Positions 28,628 to 43,698 of a stretch of DNA of 64,000 bases are shown one piece after another. Made by a program: the position numbers and the translations under genes. The first letter of the stretch is position 1. The number at the start of each line of letters is the position of its first letter. This stretch comes from Rhodospirillaceae bacterium (GTDB lineage: Bacteria > Pseudomonadota > Alphaproteobacteria > GCA-2746255). The notes under the pieces were generated by a model. It saw nothing but the letters and a program-made list of their open reading frames with translations. It did no database searches and had not been told where the DNA came from. The stretch covers positions 230,102 through 294,101 of the forward strand of contig NVWO01000001.1 of assembly GCA_002746255.1 (NCBI GenBank). The letters are read 5' to 3'.

Positions 28628-29762
28628 TCAATAAGGCCAATTTACGTTCTTAAACCGTTGCAAAAGTTTCGTCGCGTAGTCAGGCTCAATCATCTTTGCG
28701 AAATCAATCAGTCCGCGCAGGTGGGCTTTCATACCCCATATCGTATCAAACTCCCGAGCCTTCGCATGTTCAGTCGGACCGAATTTTTCCAGATAGTGAA
28801 TATGAAGGCGGAGATTGTCTTTGAACTCCCTTCGCAGACTTGGCTTAGGGCCACCCACATTCAGGCCAAGTACGATTTTTCTGCTCCCCGGAGGGATCAG
28901 TTTTGTCTTTCTATGCTGGGTCCGAAAGCCCGCCGATGACAAAATTTCCTCAATGGTATGAATAAAGGACGATGCAGTGGACCGACCGAAATTCTTCTCC
29001 GGTGTCGAGAAGGTCAGGTCATCGCTATAGCGCGTATACGTCAGTCCTGCTTCTCTGGCAGCATCGGAAATCCGCGTATCAATTGGCGTCATGATGAGAT
29101 TTGAGAGCATGGGGCTCGTAGGAGCCCCTTGAGGCAAATAACCCAGTACACCCGTCGAATAGGCAGGAATTTTCTCATTTCTGCGCCTGACCTTCCAAAC
29201 CGGATCACTATGGCGCGGGCTTCGATCCACTGGACCGATCGTTACTATCCGAGCAAGTTCGAATGACACCAGCGGTTGGTAACCCAGTGCTCTGAAAACA
29301 CGAAACACCTGGATCTCCGATATTGATTCGAAGAAGCTGGTGACATCCATTTTAATGAGTCATTGCGCCCCGCAATGCCTGCTCGCACATGAAAAAATGG
29401 ATCCGCCGGGTGCAAACGCAAAGCTGCAACTGTGAACGGGAACATATCTGGAGGATATACTTATTAAGCCATTTCTGAACGTGGCTCAAAGAAGGCGATG
29501 GCACATGAATGAAACGCCTTCCGCCTGACCGTTTTCGGATCGAAAATTTCCGGTATGTATCGATCTTGGAACGCTGAACGACGCTGCGCAGAAATTGGTA
29601 GGGCACCTTTGCGCGGGTAGCCAAGTGGTTGAGCGAGAGAATGGCTGGTAACTTCGGTTCACCCGACTCGACGGCTTCGATCTGCTCAATAGCGGTTGCA
29701 ATCGTGTCGTCGCCTAAGCCCTTCTTCTTCGCCTCTGCCCTATATTGATGAGGGGACCACAC
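28628..29762 (-). pseudogene. retron-type reverse transcriptase, disrupted by one frameshift and one in-frame TGA
   Basis: RT motifs are split over three frames. The first piece reads RKFSIRKRSGGRRFIHVPSP...HVQKWLNKYILQ. A frameshift near 29445 leads to YVPVHSCSFAFAPGGSIFSCASRHCGAQ, which ends at TGA 29360-29362. The last piece reads LIKMDVTSFFESI...LPQGAPTSPMLSNL...YTRYSDDLTFS...VLGLNV. From memory it aligns colinearly with the Ec86 RT. Confidence 0.75.
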
Positions 29763-29942
29763 GTAGACTACTCCGGTGGTGCCGGCACGGCGACTGCGCG
29801 CGCTGGCGACCCGAGGCCCACGATGGAAGGAGGCAGCGTGCGCAATCTCCAGTCATGCGTAGGCTTTCCCAAAGGGCAATGGAACTCCACGCCCCAACAG
29901 CCGTCAATATGGCGACTGCGGCAACATTGTTGCCTGCTTACA

Positions 29943-30212
29943 CTAGCCACGTGCGGCCCTCCTCAACTGTTGGGGAAAGTAATATTCGTCGCCCCTTGCA
30001 AGGACGCCCCCGTAAACTTTCCCCTGATCTTTCGCGGCTGCAAGCTCGGTACGTCCGAGAACTGTCAAACGAATCGATTGTGTTAAAAACCCCCACTTAA
30101 TGCATCGATTGATGATCTCAGTACAGCTTTCGCGGTTCAGCCCTGTTGCAAAGCTCAGGGCGCTTTGTTTTCTCTGTCCCTTGGCAATGAGGGCGAGAAT
30201 AAGAAGGATCAC
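29943..30212 (-). CDS. small winged-helix-like DNA-binding protein
   Basis: 89-aa ORF with an HTH-like pattern (LSFATGLNRESCTEIINRCIKWGFL). It sits between the PRTase-like gene and the RT. Confidence 0.5.
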   Translation of the reverse strand: MILLILALIAKGQRKQSALSFATGLNRESCTEIINRCIKWGFLTQSIRLTVLGRTELAAAKDQGKVYGGVLARGDEYYFPQQLRRAARG

Positions 30213-30235
30213 CTAACCTGTCTCGCCGCGTTGGC

Positions 30236-31182
30236 TCAGCTTGCTGCTCTTTGCCAGCTTCTTCTGTCCGACATCAAGAAGCGTAACAAGTGAGTCACCA
30301 CGTGCGATCTCAGGGGGAAAACTGATTGCTCACCCGCCAATATCGCGCGATTTTGAAACAACGGTTCCCACCGCTTTTTTCCTTTGATGGGTGCCCATAG
30401 GATCGCTGGTGCATTGTTTGGACAACCATGCTCAAACACCAAGGCAACCGATTCATGTCCATAGCCATCCCAGAAGTGGCTCCTGCTGGTACGCCGTCCA
30501 TACCGCTTGCAAACATTAAGCACGGAATTCCTCAGCGCCTGTCCCCAGGGCATATTCCTGAAGGTCGGGCAACTGCGCTCGACGATGACCTCGGGCTTCG
30601 CCTTGTGTTTGCTTACGTGTTTCATTCCCCGCTCGGTGGCGGAGAAAGAAACAACGATGATCTTTAAGTACTTGAGCGAAAGCCAAGAAACAAATGTCGG
30701 GTCGTTCCAGAAAGATTCAATAAATTCATATGTTCGTTTTCCAGAACCAATAAAATCATCGACGAAAACAATGGCTCGACACTTCTTATTCCGCAGCTCC
30801 TGCAGGCTGGGGTGATTTAGCAGTTTATTTGAATCTGTTTTGGAGTAGTTCCGGATTATAGCTGCTATCCGCGCCTCGCTTCCGTGATCGCTGCCATGAA
30901 CGAGCGCGTCGATATTTCCGGTCGTAGTGTTCGTATACTGTTCAAAATACGAGTTCTGTTTATCGACCTCGCGAACAGCATAAAAGGCAATTGGCAGATC
31001 GTTCTCGGAAGCCGTCTTCTCCAATGACGACTGTATGGCACGTTCGAATTCCGAATGGGAAACAAGCGTAAGGCTTGCATCAATCTTCTCAGCTATGTCT
31101 TTATCGCTTGAACCAAACTGGACCAGCCAGCTCTTGCCAAGCTCTGTGTATAGCAGCGCTCGGGCTATTCGTTTTTCCGAAC

Positions 31183-31195
<13 letters not shown>
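30236..31195 (-). CDS. phosphoribosyltransferase-like (PRTase-fold) protein
   Basis: Has a PRPP-loop-like motif, [15 protein letters not shown]. Its start overlaps the hsdR stop, either at GTG 31195 or as a GTGA overlap at 31186. Confidence 0.55.
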
Positions 31196-34323
<3,128 letters not shown>

Positions 34324-34331
34324 AATGCCCC

Positions 34332-35093
34332 CTATGCTGCCAATTTCTCGCGGATTTCTTCGCGGCGGCTCCAGAGAACGGGCATAATCTGATAATTCTT
34401 CAGCGCATCGGTAACGGTACTCGATATTGCACGCTCGTTATCATTCAGGAACGCATAAGAAACGGAGTTCTCAGGCCTGACTTCACGTGTATCGAGGCAG
34501 GCCATAATCAGGTTCTGTGCCGTGTTCCTGTTGGGATTGTTGATCGCACGGATTATCCGTTCCGGCTCAATCCGGGATTTAGGGATCACAAAATCGAACA
34601 TGTGATCGAATCCGGTTTTCCCGGTGAATTTCACGCTCGGTGTAAACCGGATTTCAGAAAGATCGAGCCAGGCCGCCACGTCCTCGAAGAAAAGCGCCTC
34701 TACCGTAGGCGACGCCAGGTAAAACATGTCGTGGACGGATAGAATGCCCTGAATCAGATTATGCTTACGAAGCGCAAAGTTGTCCGCACTTGTATGAACG
34801 CACAGTTGGTGATCGCTCTCCTCAATGCCGAACCCATTGAGCACCGACTTGAGGATTGCCTGCCGCTTCGGGCTTTCGAGGGAAAAGCCCGAATGAGAAA
34901 GGTCTAAGAGTGTTTCGCCTCCATCTGTAAGGAGATAGCCGCCTTCGTGCTTTCGCGCGTAGATTTGAATGTAATCGTTATGGCGGTCCAGATATGGGGT
35001 CGTAATCTCGGCCCAGTTGTTAATGTGACGGATAGCCGTCTTGTCCCGAAGCCAGCGCCAATACCCTTCGACCAGTTTCTCTATCTCGTTCAT
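34332..35093 (-). CDS. DUF1828/DUF1829-like protein nested in the hsd operon
   Basis: 253-aa ORF. The family assignment is from memory of proteins often found in type I R-M loci. It overlaps the upstream ORF as ATGA and ends 8 nt before the hsdR start. Confidence 0.5.
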   Translation of the reverse strand: MNEIEKLVEGYWRWLRDKTAIRHINNWAEITTPYLDRHNDYIQIYARKHEGGYLLTDGGETLLDLSHSGFSLESPKRQAILKSVLNGFGIEESDHQLCVHTSADNFALRKHNLIQGILSVHDMFYLASPTVEALFFEDVAAWLDLSEIRFTPSVKFTGKTGFDHMFDFVIPKSRIEPERIIRAINNPNRNTAQNLIMACLDTREVRPENSVSYAFLNDNERAISSTVTDALKNYQIMPVLWSRREEIREKLAA

Positions 35094-35536
35094 GTGAAGA
35101 GCCCTGGTTCAAAGTGAGGTGGCCGGGTGACATTGCAGTAGCGCAGGAAATCCTGAAGCGATTGGAAAGGATCAGCGATGGAAGGGAATTGATCCGTCGG
35201 GATCGGATATGCCCAACGGTCGTTGTAACCTTCCTGGTAAAGATGGATGTGCGGACAACCAATCTCCTCATCGTCCGGGTTGCGATGAGGAGCGCCACCA
35301 AAATCAAGCCGAGCGAGAATGATTGTTGTTCGGGCACGATTCTGAAACGTCCCTTTGTTCAAGTTGATCCGGCTGCGAGTTATATCAAGGTGGAAACTCT
35401 CAGATTCATCATGCGAGACGAGCGGAACGACTATCCCACCGCCAAGGTCAGGAAGTCGCCGACGTTCCTCATCAACTCGATGCTTTTCGAGCGCCAAAAG
35501 AGCATCCGCGTCAGCCTGTGTCAGCCACATACTCAT
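35090..35536 (-). CDS. hypothetical protein (148 aa) nested in the hsd operon
   Basis: Non-biased sequence with the core [41 protein letters not shown] cannot name a family with confidence. Confidence 0.55.
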   Translation of the reverse strand: MSMWLTQADADALLALEKHRVDEERRRLPDLGGGIVVPLVSHDESESFHLDITRSRINLNKGTFQNRARTTIILARLDFGGAPHRNPDDEEIGCPHIHLYQEGYNDRWAYPIPTDQFPSIADPFQSLQDFLRYCNVTRPPHFEPGLFT

Positions 35537-35555
35537 GTCACCGCCTCCGCAACTT

Positions 35556-36125
35556 TCACGACATTGCGGAGGCGGAGTTTGCCCGCGCTTGGTCGATTTT
35601 GTCCTTTTTCTTCCTTAAATATTGGCTAGGGTTCCAGCCACCGGGGTTTTGGGCAGGGATATTGTATACGTTTCGAAGTCTTTGCGCCAAATCCGAGGCC
35701 GCTAAGCCAAGGCGGGCATATTGATGCTGGCGTTCTTCAAAGACTTCTTCATAGTCAGGTGGAAAAGCTACCTCAGAGCAAACAAATGCAATCGAACGGT
35801 TTGCAGCTTCAGCTTCGCCTGGGAGCGTCAAGAGCACGTACATCAGTTCGCAATCAATGCTTTTCCAGTCAACATCGTCAGGATATATCAGAGGCGCTGG
35901 TAGCGAAATTTGAGGATGAAGGCAGCCTTCCTGATCTTGCTGGCCGCCATCATCTTGGACAACCTCGACACATTCATTGACATACCTATCGAGAATGCAA
36001 GCAATACGCACGGAGAGGTACCTGGCGTGCCGCGCCCGCATCCTCATGTCTGACCACGCGTCTTTTATCAAAGTGAGTAAGGCTCCGATAAAAACCCCTA
36101 AAAGACCAAAAACAGCTTCGCTCAT
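35556..36125 (-). CDS. hypothetical protein with one N-terminal TM helix (189 aa) nested in the hsd operon
   Basis: The N-terminus AVFGLLGVFIGALLTLI is hydrophobic. The start overlaps the hsdS stop as ATGA. Confidence 0.5.
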   Translation of the reverse strand: MSEAVFGLLGVFIGALLTLIKDAWSDMRMRARHARYLSVRIACILDRYVNECVEVVQDDGGQQDQEGCLHPQISLPAPLIYPDDVDWKSIDCELMYVLLTLPGEAEAANRSIAFVCSEVAFPPDYEEVFEERQHQYARLGLAASDLAQRLRNVYNIPAQNPGGWNPSQYLRKKKDKIDQARANSASAMS

Positions 36126-37415
36126 GCCACGGCCTCCACAGCGTCTTCAGCCTCTCGGAGGCGGATTTTGCCGGACATGAGCTTTGGCAAAAGCAGGTCG
36201 CGGGTCTGGACGAGGGTGCGGCTCTCGTGAATGTTTGCGATGATCCGGTCGATCATCGGTTGCACGGTGTTCTGGAAGGCGCAGATAACAAGCTCCGGCG
36301 GTAGGCAAAGCCCATACTGGCCCATAGCCTTCCAACTCGTGCGCGGCATTTTCGTGCCCGTTGAGGCTTGGTTGGTGTAAGCAATGAATTCATCGGTTGA
36401 GATACACGCCAGCACAAAGACGGACCAGTCAGCCGTCCTGGGTGTGAGAACAACAATGTCGGTGGAACAAATACCACTTAAGGGGGCGACCCCGACCTTG
36501 TGGAAGTAAGGCCTCAGCTTGCCAAACAGAAATTCGCCCCTCTTGAAAACTGACTTGTTGCTCGTGACTTTGCCTGCACCCTCCCATTCCGTTAGAGCGA
36601 TTGAGCGGCGGGGCATGTGTTCAAGGCCGATGTAAGGTGTTTCCTCGGAAACATCGGTAGGGCTGATTCCTCGCCTTGGAGATTCCGCAACGTCGGCTAG
36701 GCATCCAAGCTCCCACCCCACCGGCTTGTCGTCATCGTCGAGGGCGTCGGGAAACAGGCCCCAGATATCCGGAGCAAGGTAGGGTTCGCGGCCTTCGGCC
36801 TTGGCGCGGGTGGGGCCGAAATCGACGAACCAGTCCTTGAAGATCGCCCGCGCCATCGCCTCCAGCGTCTCATTCATCCGCCGGTTCAGCTCGATCTTAT
36901 CGTCGAGGGACCCCAGAGTTTCTGCGATGTTGTGCTGCTCGGAAATCGAAGGAAGAGGAATATGAATTCTATGTATGTCACGAATAGGAAGTTGAGGTTG
37001 AGCACTTCCTGTGGTCAGGGCAGAGACTTGGTTCCTAAAGAGGCGCGACCTCAAAAATAAGTACAAGTAACGCGGAACGATTGTTGGTTGATCTGGCCGA
37101 AAAATTACCATTCCAGAGTTGATACGCACATGATCAAAAGGGATGGAATCATCATAGAAAGCTACATTTCCCACTGTACCTCGCGTTGTCAAAACACTGT
37201 CGTATCGCTTGAGCTTTCCTTTTCTTAAGAGGTTGTCGCGTTCTTCGCTAATGAACGAACATTCGGAGAACTTAAAGCCAGTAGAACTCACGTTTCCAGC
37301 ATTCAAAAACAAGCAATGGCCGCTCGGAGCAAATTCCGCCTGCTTTGGGTAGTTTACCCCCCTGTCGCCATCGATGATTTCAATAGGCGCTTCTAAGAAC
37401 GTCGGTTGTGCCCAC

Positions 37416-37423
<8 letters not shown>
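36122..37423 (-). CDS. hsdS: type I restriction-modification S subunit
   Basis: 433-aa ORF with two target-recognition halves separated by conserved helical spacers ([16 protein letters not shown] and [12 protein letters not shown]). It overlaps hsdM by 8 nt. Confidence 0.85.
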
Positions 37424-39008
<1,585 letters not shown>

Positions 39009-39199
39009 GTTGTGCCCCCGGCATTCAGCAATCTACTGGTCGAAGCTACATGAGGTTTTAGCCCCATCAAAGAGAAGGATTAATAATTACGTCACTTACC
39101 GCCCCGCGTAGACATCGAAGTGATAGCCTTTGCGTTTAAAAGACACTCCCTTTTCCGGCGGCTTCCTGCTTTGAACCATCGTTTTGCATTCCAGGCCGC

Positions 39200-40147
39200 T
39201 CAGCTTGGTGAGGGACGTGCACCCTTCGCAAAGTTTTTACGGAAGATACGATCCATCTCCCATTCCTCCTCGGGAGTGATATGCAACGGTCTGGGTCTCG
39301 TCGCCTGTAGCTGCGCAAACTCGGCGGCAATACGCTGCTCGCGTTTTCGTCGGGGCATGAATTGATACTCTATAAAGAGATGGAACTCAGCATTATCCAG
39401 CCAGCGATAGCGGCGAGCTAGGGATTGATTGAGGAGCTGTGCGAGGACCATATAAGTGCAGATGGCGTCATCTTTTAATTTGGCAGAGGCTTTCTCTGGG
39501 CGTTCAGAATCATGCGCGGAGCGCAGCAGGACGTGGTCGCGTAATTGCACAATATGCTTGTGAAAGTGCACCTCTTCCGGAGTCTCAGGCCCACTGACAT
39601 AGGCCTCGCAAGTTACCGGATTGAGAACGATGTCCTCGGGGTGCGGCAGGAGGTCGGGAGGAGGGAGGCCCCTGCGCCGATGTCCGGCAAGCTTCTGCTC
39701 GCCCGTGCGTTTGAGAGCCTCCATCCGGGTATAGCGCGCAACTTTGTATTCAAGGTTTCGTTCCTCTTCACGTGCAACATGTTCCAGAAAATATTTCTGG
39801 GATAGTCGGTTTCCCTTGATCGCGCCCATGACAAGAGCCCGCAGGACCGCCTGTGTGGCGGGCAGCTTGATGCCCTTTCCGTTCTCACGCAGCGCAACAG
39901 AACGATAGGCCTCCTCTTCCAGGAACTTGTCGGAAAGGGCGTCGGACAGTCGTGGCGGTCGTGGTTTTGGTTTCCGCGGCCGACCGCGGGGATTGCCTGA
40001 CTGGCCTTTGACGAAGCGCGTGTGTTTGGGCGGCTTACCATAGCCGACTTCGTGTTCGGCGTCCTGCAGCCGGTCCGTGGATTCCGGATTGCTGGTCTTG
40101 ATGCGAGGCGCTCCCTTCCCAGGACGGCGATCGGAATTTCTGCTCAT
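39200..40147 (-). CDS. DUF5681-like protein
   Basis: Carries the motif GYGKPPKHTRFVKGQSGNPRGRP. I chose the start at MSRNSDRR (40147), which overlaps the methyltransferase stop as ATGA. Confidence 0.5.
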   Translation of the reverse strand: MSRNSDRRPGKGAPRIKTSNPESTDRLQDAEHEVGYGKPPKHTRFVKGQSGNPRGRPRKPKPRPPRLSDALSDKFLEEEAYRSVALRENGKGIKLPATQAVLRALVMGAIKGNRLSQKYFLEHVAREEERNLEYKVARYTRMEALKRTGEQKLAGHRRRGLPPPDLLPHPEDIVLNPVTCEAYVSGPETPEEVHFHKHIVQLRDHVLLRSAHDSERPEKASAKLKDDAICTYMVLAQLLNQSLARRYRWLDNAEFHLFIEYQFMPRRKREQRIAAEFAQLQATRPRPLHITPEEEWEMDRIFRKNFAKGARPSPS

Positions 40148-41460
40148 GCCACATGCTCCGTCTCCACCCAATCGCGTGTCCGTCGTTCTTCGACATCCTC
40201 GAAGCGCTCTCCCGTCGCAACGAGCGTTGCCTGCTTGCCGGTGAAAATCTCCCAACGCCGCACAATGGTGTCGCAATAGGCCGGGTCGTATTCCAGGAGC
40301 CGCGCATAACGGCCGGATTTTTCGGCGGCGATCAGCGTCGTGCCAGAGCCCCCGAAACAGTCGAGGACGACATCGCCACGTTTCGAGCAGTCCCGGATGG
40401 CGTCGGCCACGAGCGCGACCGGTTTGACCGTCGGATGCATCGCCAGCTCTGCATCCCGGTTCGCACCCATACTGCTGATGCCGGCGTAATCCCAGACATT
40501 GGTGCGATAGCGCCCGGTTTCGCCAAGACCGAAGGTATTGACGTGAGGCGCATCGCCAATCTTGAATACGAAAACCAACTCATGCTTTGAGCGATAAAAG
40601 GTCCCCATGCCGCCATTGGTCTTGTTCCAGACGCAAAGGTTTTTGAGTTCGGCGAAGACCTGTTTCCCCGCCGCCAGCAGCTCGCCCATGTGGCGCCAAT
40701 CCATGCACACAAATGCGATTGCGCCGTCCCGGCAGGTCTTGGCCGCCGCCCCGAGCGTCTCCGTCAGGAAAGCAGTGAATGCCTCCTCGGACATCTCACC
40801 GGCACCCATCGCAAACTCGCGGTGGCGTACGCGACCAAGACCGCACACATGGCCGTCAATGGGTACGTTATAGGGAGGATCGGTGAAGATAACACCGACC
40901 GTCTCGCCGTCCAGGAGCGCGTCATAATCGGCAACAATGCGTGCGTCGCCGCAAAGCACCCGATGGTGGCCGCATTGCCAGACATCGCCGCGCCGACTGA
41001 TCGCCGTTTCCGGAAACGGTGGCACCGAATCCGTCGGCCCATCCGGACCGGCTACGTCGCGTTCGCCGGCAGCGTCGAGCACCAAATCCACTTCAGCAAG
41101 CGAAAACCCGGTCAACTCCGCATCGAAGTCGAGGTCAATCAGAGTCTGCAACTCAATCGCGAGCAAATCCTGATCCCAGCCAGCATTCAGTGCCAGTTTA
41201 TTGTCGGCGATCACATAGGCTCGGCGCTCAGCGGCTGTTAGATGTGAGAGGCGGACCGTCGGAACATGGGTCATTCCAAGGCGTTTTGCCGCCATAACCC
41301 GGCCATGGCCAGCGACGATGGTATCGTCTTCGGCAACAAGCACCGGGTTGGTGAAGCCGAATCGCGTAATGCTGTTCATGAGTTGTCGGATCTGGCGCTT
41401 GGTGTGCGTCCGTGCGTTGCCGGTATAAGGGTGGAGCGCCGAGATTGATCGTTCCTCCAT
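40144..41460 (-). CDS. ParB-like nuclease domain fused to a DNA methyltransferase (N6A/N4C type)
   Basis: ParB/Srx-like N-domain (NPVLV..DDTIVAGHGRVMAAKRLG) followed by a methyltransferase core with DPPYN and a C-terminal AdoMet region (VLDCFGGSGTT). I preferred the start at MEERSISALHPY; alternative upstream starts run to 41652. Confidence 0.8.
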   Translation of the reverse strand: MEERSISALHPYTGNARTHTKRQIRQLMNSITRFGFTNPVLVAEDDTIVAGHGRVMAAKRLGMTHVPTVRLSHLTAAERRAYVIADNKLALNAGWDQDLLAIELQTLIDLDFDAELTGFSLAEVDLVLDAAGERDVAGPDGPTDSVPPFPETAISRRGDVWQCGHHRVLCGDARIVADYDALLDGETVGVIFTDPPYNVPIDGHVCGLGRVRHREFAMGAGEMSEEAFTAFLTETLGAAAKTCRDGAIAFVCMDWRHMGELLAAGKQVFAELKNLCVWNKTNGGMGTFYRSKHELVFVFKIGDAPHVNTFGLGETGRYRTNVWDYAGISSMGANRDAELAMHPTVKPVALVADAIRDCSKRGDVVLDCFGGSGTTLIAAEKSGRYARLLEYDPAYCDTIVRRWEIFTGKQATLVATGERFEDVEERRTRDWVETEHVA

Positions 41461-42069
41461 GATTTGGATGGATCGTATCCGGTTCTTTTCGTGCACTGGT
41501 TTGTCATTCATTCTGACATACCTTTCGGAAACAGATGTTGCTATAATGTTCTTTTTCGGTTTGAATCGAATCTGCCTCTCTGGCATGGTTTTAAACAATA
41601 GAATTTTTCTTGTATATAAATAGCAGTAAAGCATACATATGCGCATGTCCATATAAAAGATCGATATATGGAGCTATTTTCTGAAAAAGGCATAGTTCTA
41701 GTTAAGTAGTTAGACGATATTACTTCAAGCCATCCCACAAAAACAAGATTTCATCCCACTTCATGGAAAAATATCCCGTTTGCGTCTGGGGATAAGGCTG
41801 GATTTATTGACGTCGTATTTGACGGTCGGGATCGAAAAAACGGCGTAACCGCGCTCCTGACGGGATGTGGAGCGTCGACTTCGCGCTGGGGCCAGATGGG
41901 AGAGGCGGCCAGAAAGTGGCGGAACTTAAGGGTTCTTTCGGTTCACATCCCGATCGCCCAGGATTGGATCGGCCTGGCTGATCTGTCTTCCCGTCGTTGT
42001 TTTGCAGGTTCCTTCGTCCGGTAGGACCATTCCTTGATCCGCCGCTCGAAGGTCCCTGTTTTGTGGCGT

Positions 42070-42429
42070 AAATTCCCTGTTCTATCGCGTAGGGAATTCG
42101 GCTGAATAAGCTGCAATATCAGCAAGTTGTGGGGGATTTAAGGGGCGCACCCGGGCGAATTTTTTAAAAAATTCCCTGTTTTAGACAGATACAGGGAAAT
42201 CGGCGGAGACGGGTTCGCACAAGACTGCGCACTCCGCCAGCAAGTCTTGTTCTCCGCGTGATTTTCAGAGGATGCCCAGGCCGTCGGCGCAAATGGCGGC
42301 GTTCCGCGGGCCTTTGCGCCGAGGCGCGTTTTAAACCGGACCGGGAGAACAGAGTCACTTCGTGAGATCCACTTTGGTGCGGAACTTTTCTCCACCGCGC
42401 CATTCCGCAGTCCGGTTTGGCGAGCCGGG
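42070..42429. repeat. hairpin-rich repeated element U1
   Basis: It aligns by eye with 51565-51908. The head has AATTCCCTGT/ACAGGGAA palindromes. The body has nested stems (ACAAGACT...AGTCTTGT and CGGCGCAAA...TTTGCGCCG). Confidence 0.6.
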
Positions 42430-42483
42430 TAGTGATGATGTGCATCCGTTATCCGCTGTGGCTGCGGTAGGTAAGAGGGTGCG

Positions 42484-42693
42484 ATGTCGAAGTTCAGGAA
42501 CATAAAAACCCTGCAAAAGTTCGCCGCCGCCCATATCTTGATCCACGATCATTTCAATCACAACCGCCACCTCAACCATCGAGACATTTTCAAGCAGAAC
42601 CGCTCGGCTGCCCTCGCCGAATGGCGTCAATTGGCGGCCTGAAAGCGAGGTTGCCGGGTATTTATGAGGCTTATTTTATTAGACTGACAGCAT
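42484..42693 (+). mobile_element. IS6-family-like right-end fragment (transposase C-terminal remnant plus terminal repeat)
   Basis: Encodes MSKFRNIKTLQKFAAAHILIHDHFNHNRHLNHRDIFKQNRSAALAEWRQLAA, then about 50 nt and the terminal sequence agactgacagcatc. Confidence 0.6.
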
Positions 42694-42747
42694 CGTCCTC
42701 TCTGTTGGTGTGTTGACTCGCAATCTGCTAGTCGTATTGTCTCGTCT

Positions 42748-43422
42748 ATGCGTTTCCGGCGTACCACCATCCTCTTCGATGTAGACGGCACACTGATCGA
42801 CAGCGCCGCTGACTTGCAGGCTGCCTTCAACAAATTGCTGACGGCGGTGGCGCATGACCCGATTACGCGTGAGGAGATGATGCCCCTTTTGAAGGGACAT
42901 GCATCCGATCTCGTTTCAGGGGCCTTTGCGTTGCGCGGGGAGACGCTTTCTAAGGATGCTCTCGAAAAAAAAGTCAAACTATTCCGTCAATATTATGAAT
43001 ACCCTGAGACGCAATTGACGGCGCCCTATGCAGGCGTGATGGAAACATTGACGGCCCTGCGGGAAGCGGGCTTGCGCCTTGTTGTCTGTTCGAACAAGCC
43101 GAAAGCCTCTGCTGTCCGCACGCTCACCATGACAGGGCTGGATGACTATTTTGAATTCGTAGCCGGCGGCGATAGCTTCGGCGGCACGAAGAAGCCCGAG
43201 GCCGAACATGTGTTGAAAACGCTGGAGGCGGTAGGAGCGGCGCCAGAAGAGAGCGTCCTTGTTGGGGACACGGACGTTGATATCGAAGGCGCGCGCAACG
43301 CGGGCATCCCGCACGTGTTCTGCAGTTACGGGTATTCCACGCTGCCCCTTGACGAACTCGGCGTCGAGGTCGTGATCCATGAATTCAGCGAACTGCTCGA
43401 CGTGCTTCGCACGCTAGACTAG
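42748..43422 (+). CDS. HAD-superfamily phosphatase (phosphoglycolate phosphatase-like)
   Basis: HAD motif I ILFDVDGTLIDS, then CSNK, then GDTDVD. Confidence 0.8.
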   Translation: MRFRRTTILFDVDGTLIDSAADLQAAFNKLLTAVAHDPITREEMMPLLKGHASDLVSGAFALRGETLSKDALEKKVKLFRQYYEYPETQLTAPYAGVMETLTALREAGLRLVVCSNKPKASAVRTLTMTGLDDYFEFVAGGDSFGGTKKPEAEHVLKTLEAVGAAPEESVLVGDTDVDIEGARNAGIPHVFCSYGYSTLPLDELGVEVVIHEFSELLDVLRTLD

Positions 43423-43613
43423 GGCTGGCATTTAAGAGTGACGATGGCCTGCCTCCGTATGATCCGATGCGCCAGCAGTAACTAAGCCGCCAATTTTGGC
43501 TTGGTGAGCACCATGCGGTAGCAATCGAGACTGCGTGACAGGAATTCGTAGGCCGCACCCCAAAGATACAGACGAAATTTGTGATATTCAAACTCGCCGA
43601 ACTCGCGGATGAC

Positions 43614-43686
43614 GGCGTCATTTGGCGGCCTGAAAGCGAGGTTTTCTGCCATTTTGGAGACTGGCTCCATTAGACTGACAGCACCT
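43614..43686 (+). mobile_element. IS6-family-like right-end fragment (about 70 bp)
   Basis: gcgtcatttggcggcctgaaagcgagg...attagactgacagcacc matches the end of the 42484-42693 fragment in the same orientation. Confidence 0.55.
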
Positions 43687-43698
43687 CCCACCGGTCAT

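Noticed and set aside
42138-42503. ORFs across the U1 and U2 repeats (42138-42503, 42164-42445, 51603-51956, 51633-51926) as real genes
   Set aside because: The products are Arg/Pro-rich nonsense. The plus-strand frame that is open in U2 has a stop in U1. The DNA is dominated by nested inverted repeats.
41460-42750. A direct repeat of the tRNA-Ser 3-prime end that would define attR of the island
   Set aside because: I scanned this region by eye for ggttcgaatccctctccctccgcca-like sequence and found none. The right border therefore stays undefined, and serine recombinases need not duplicate the tRNA end.
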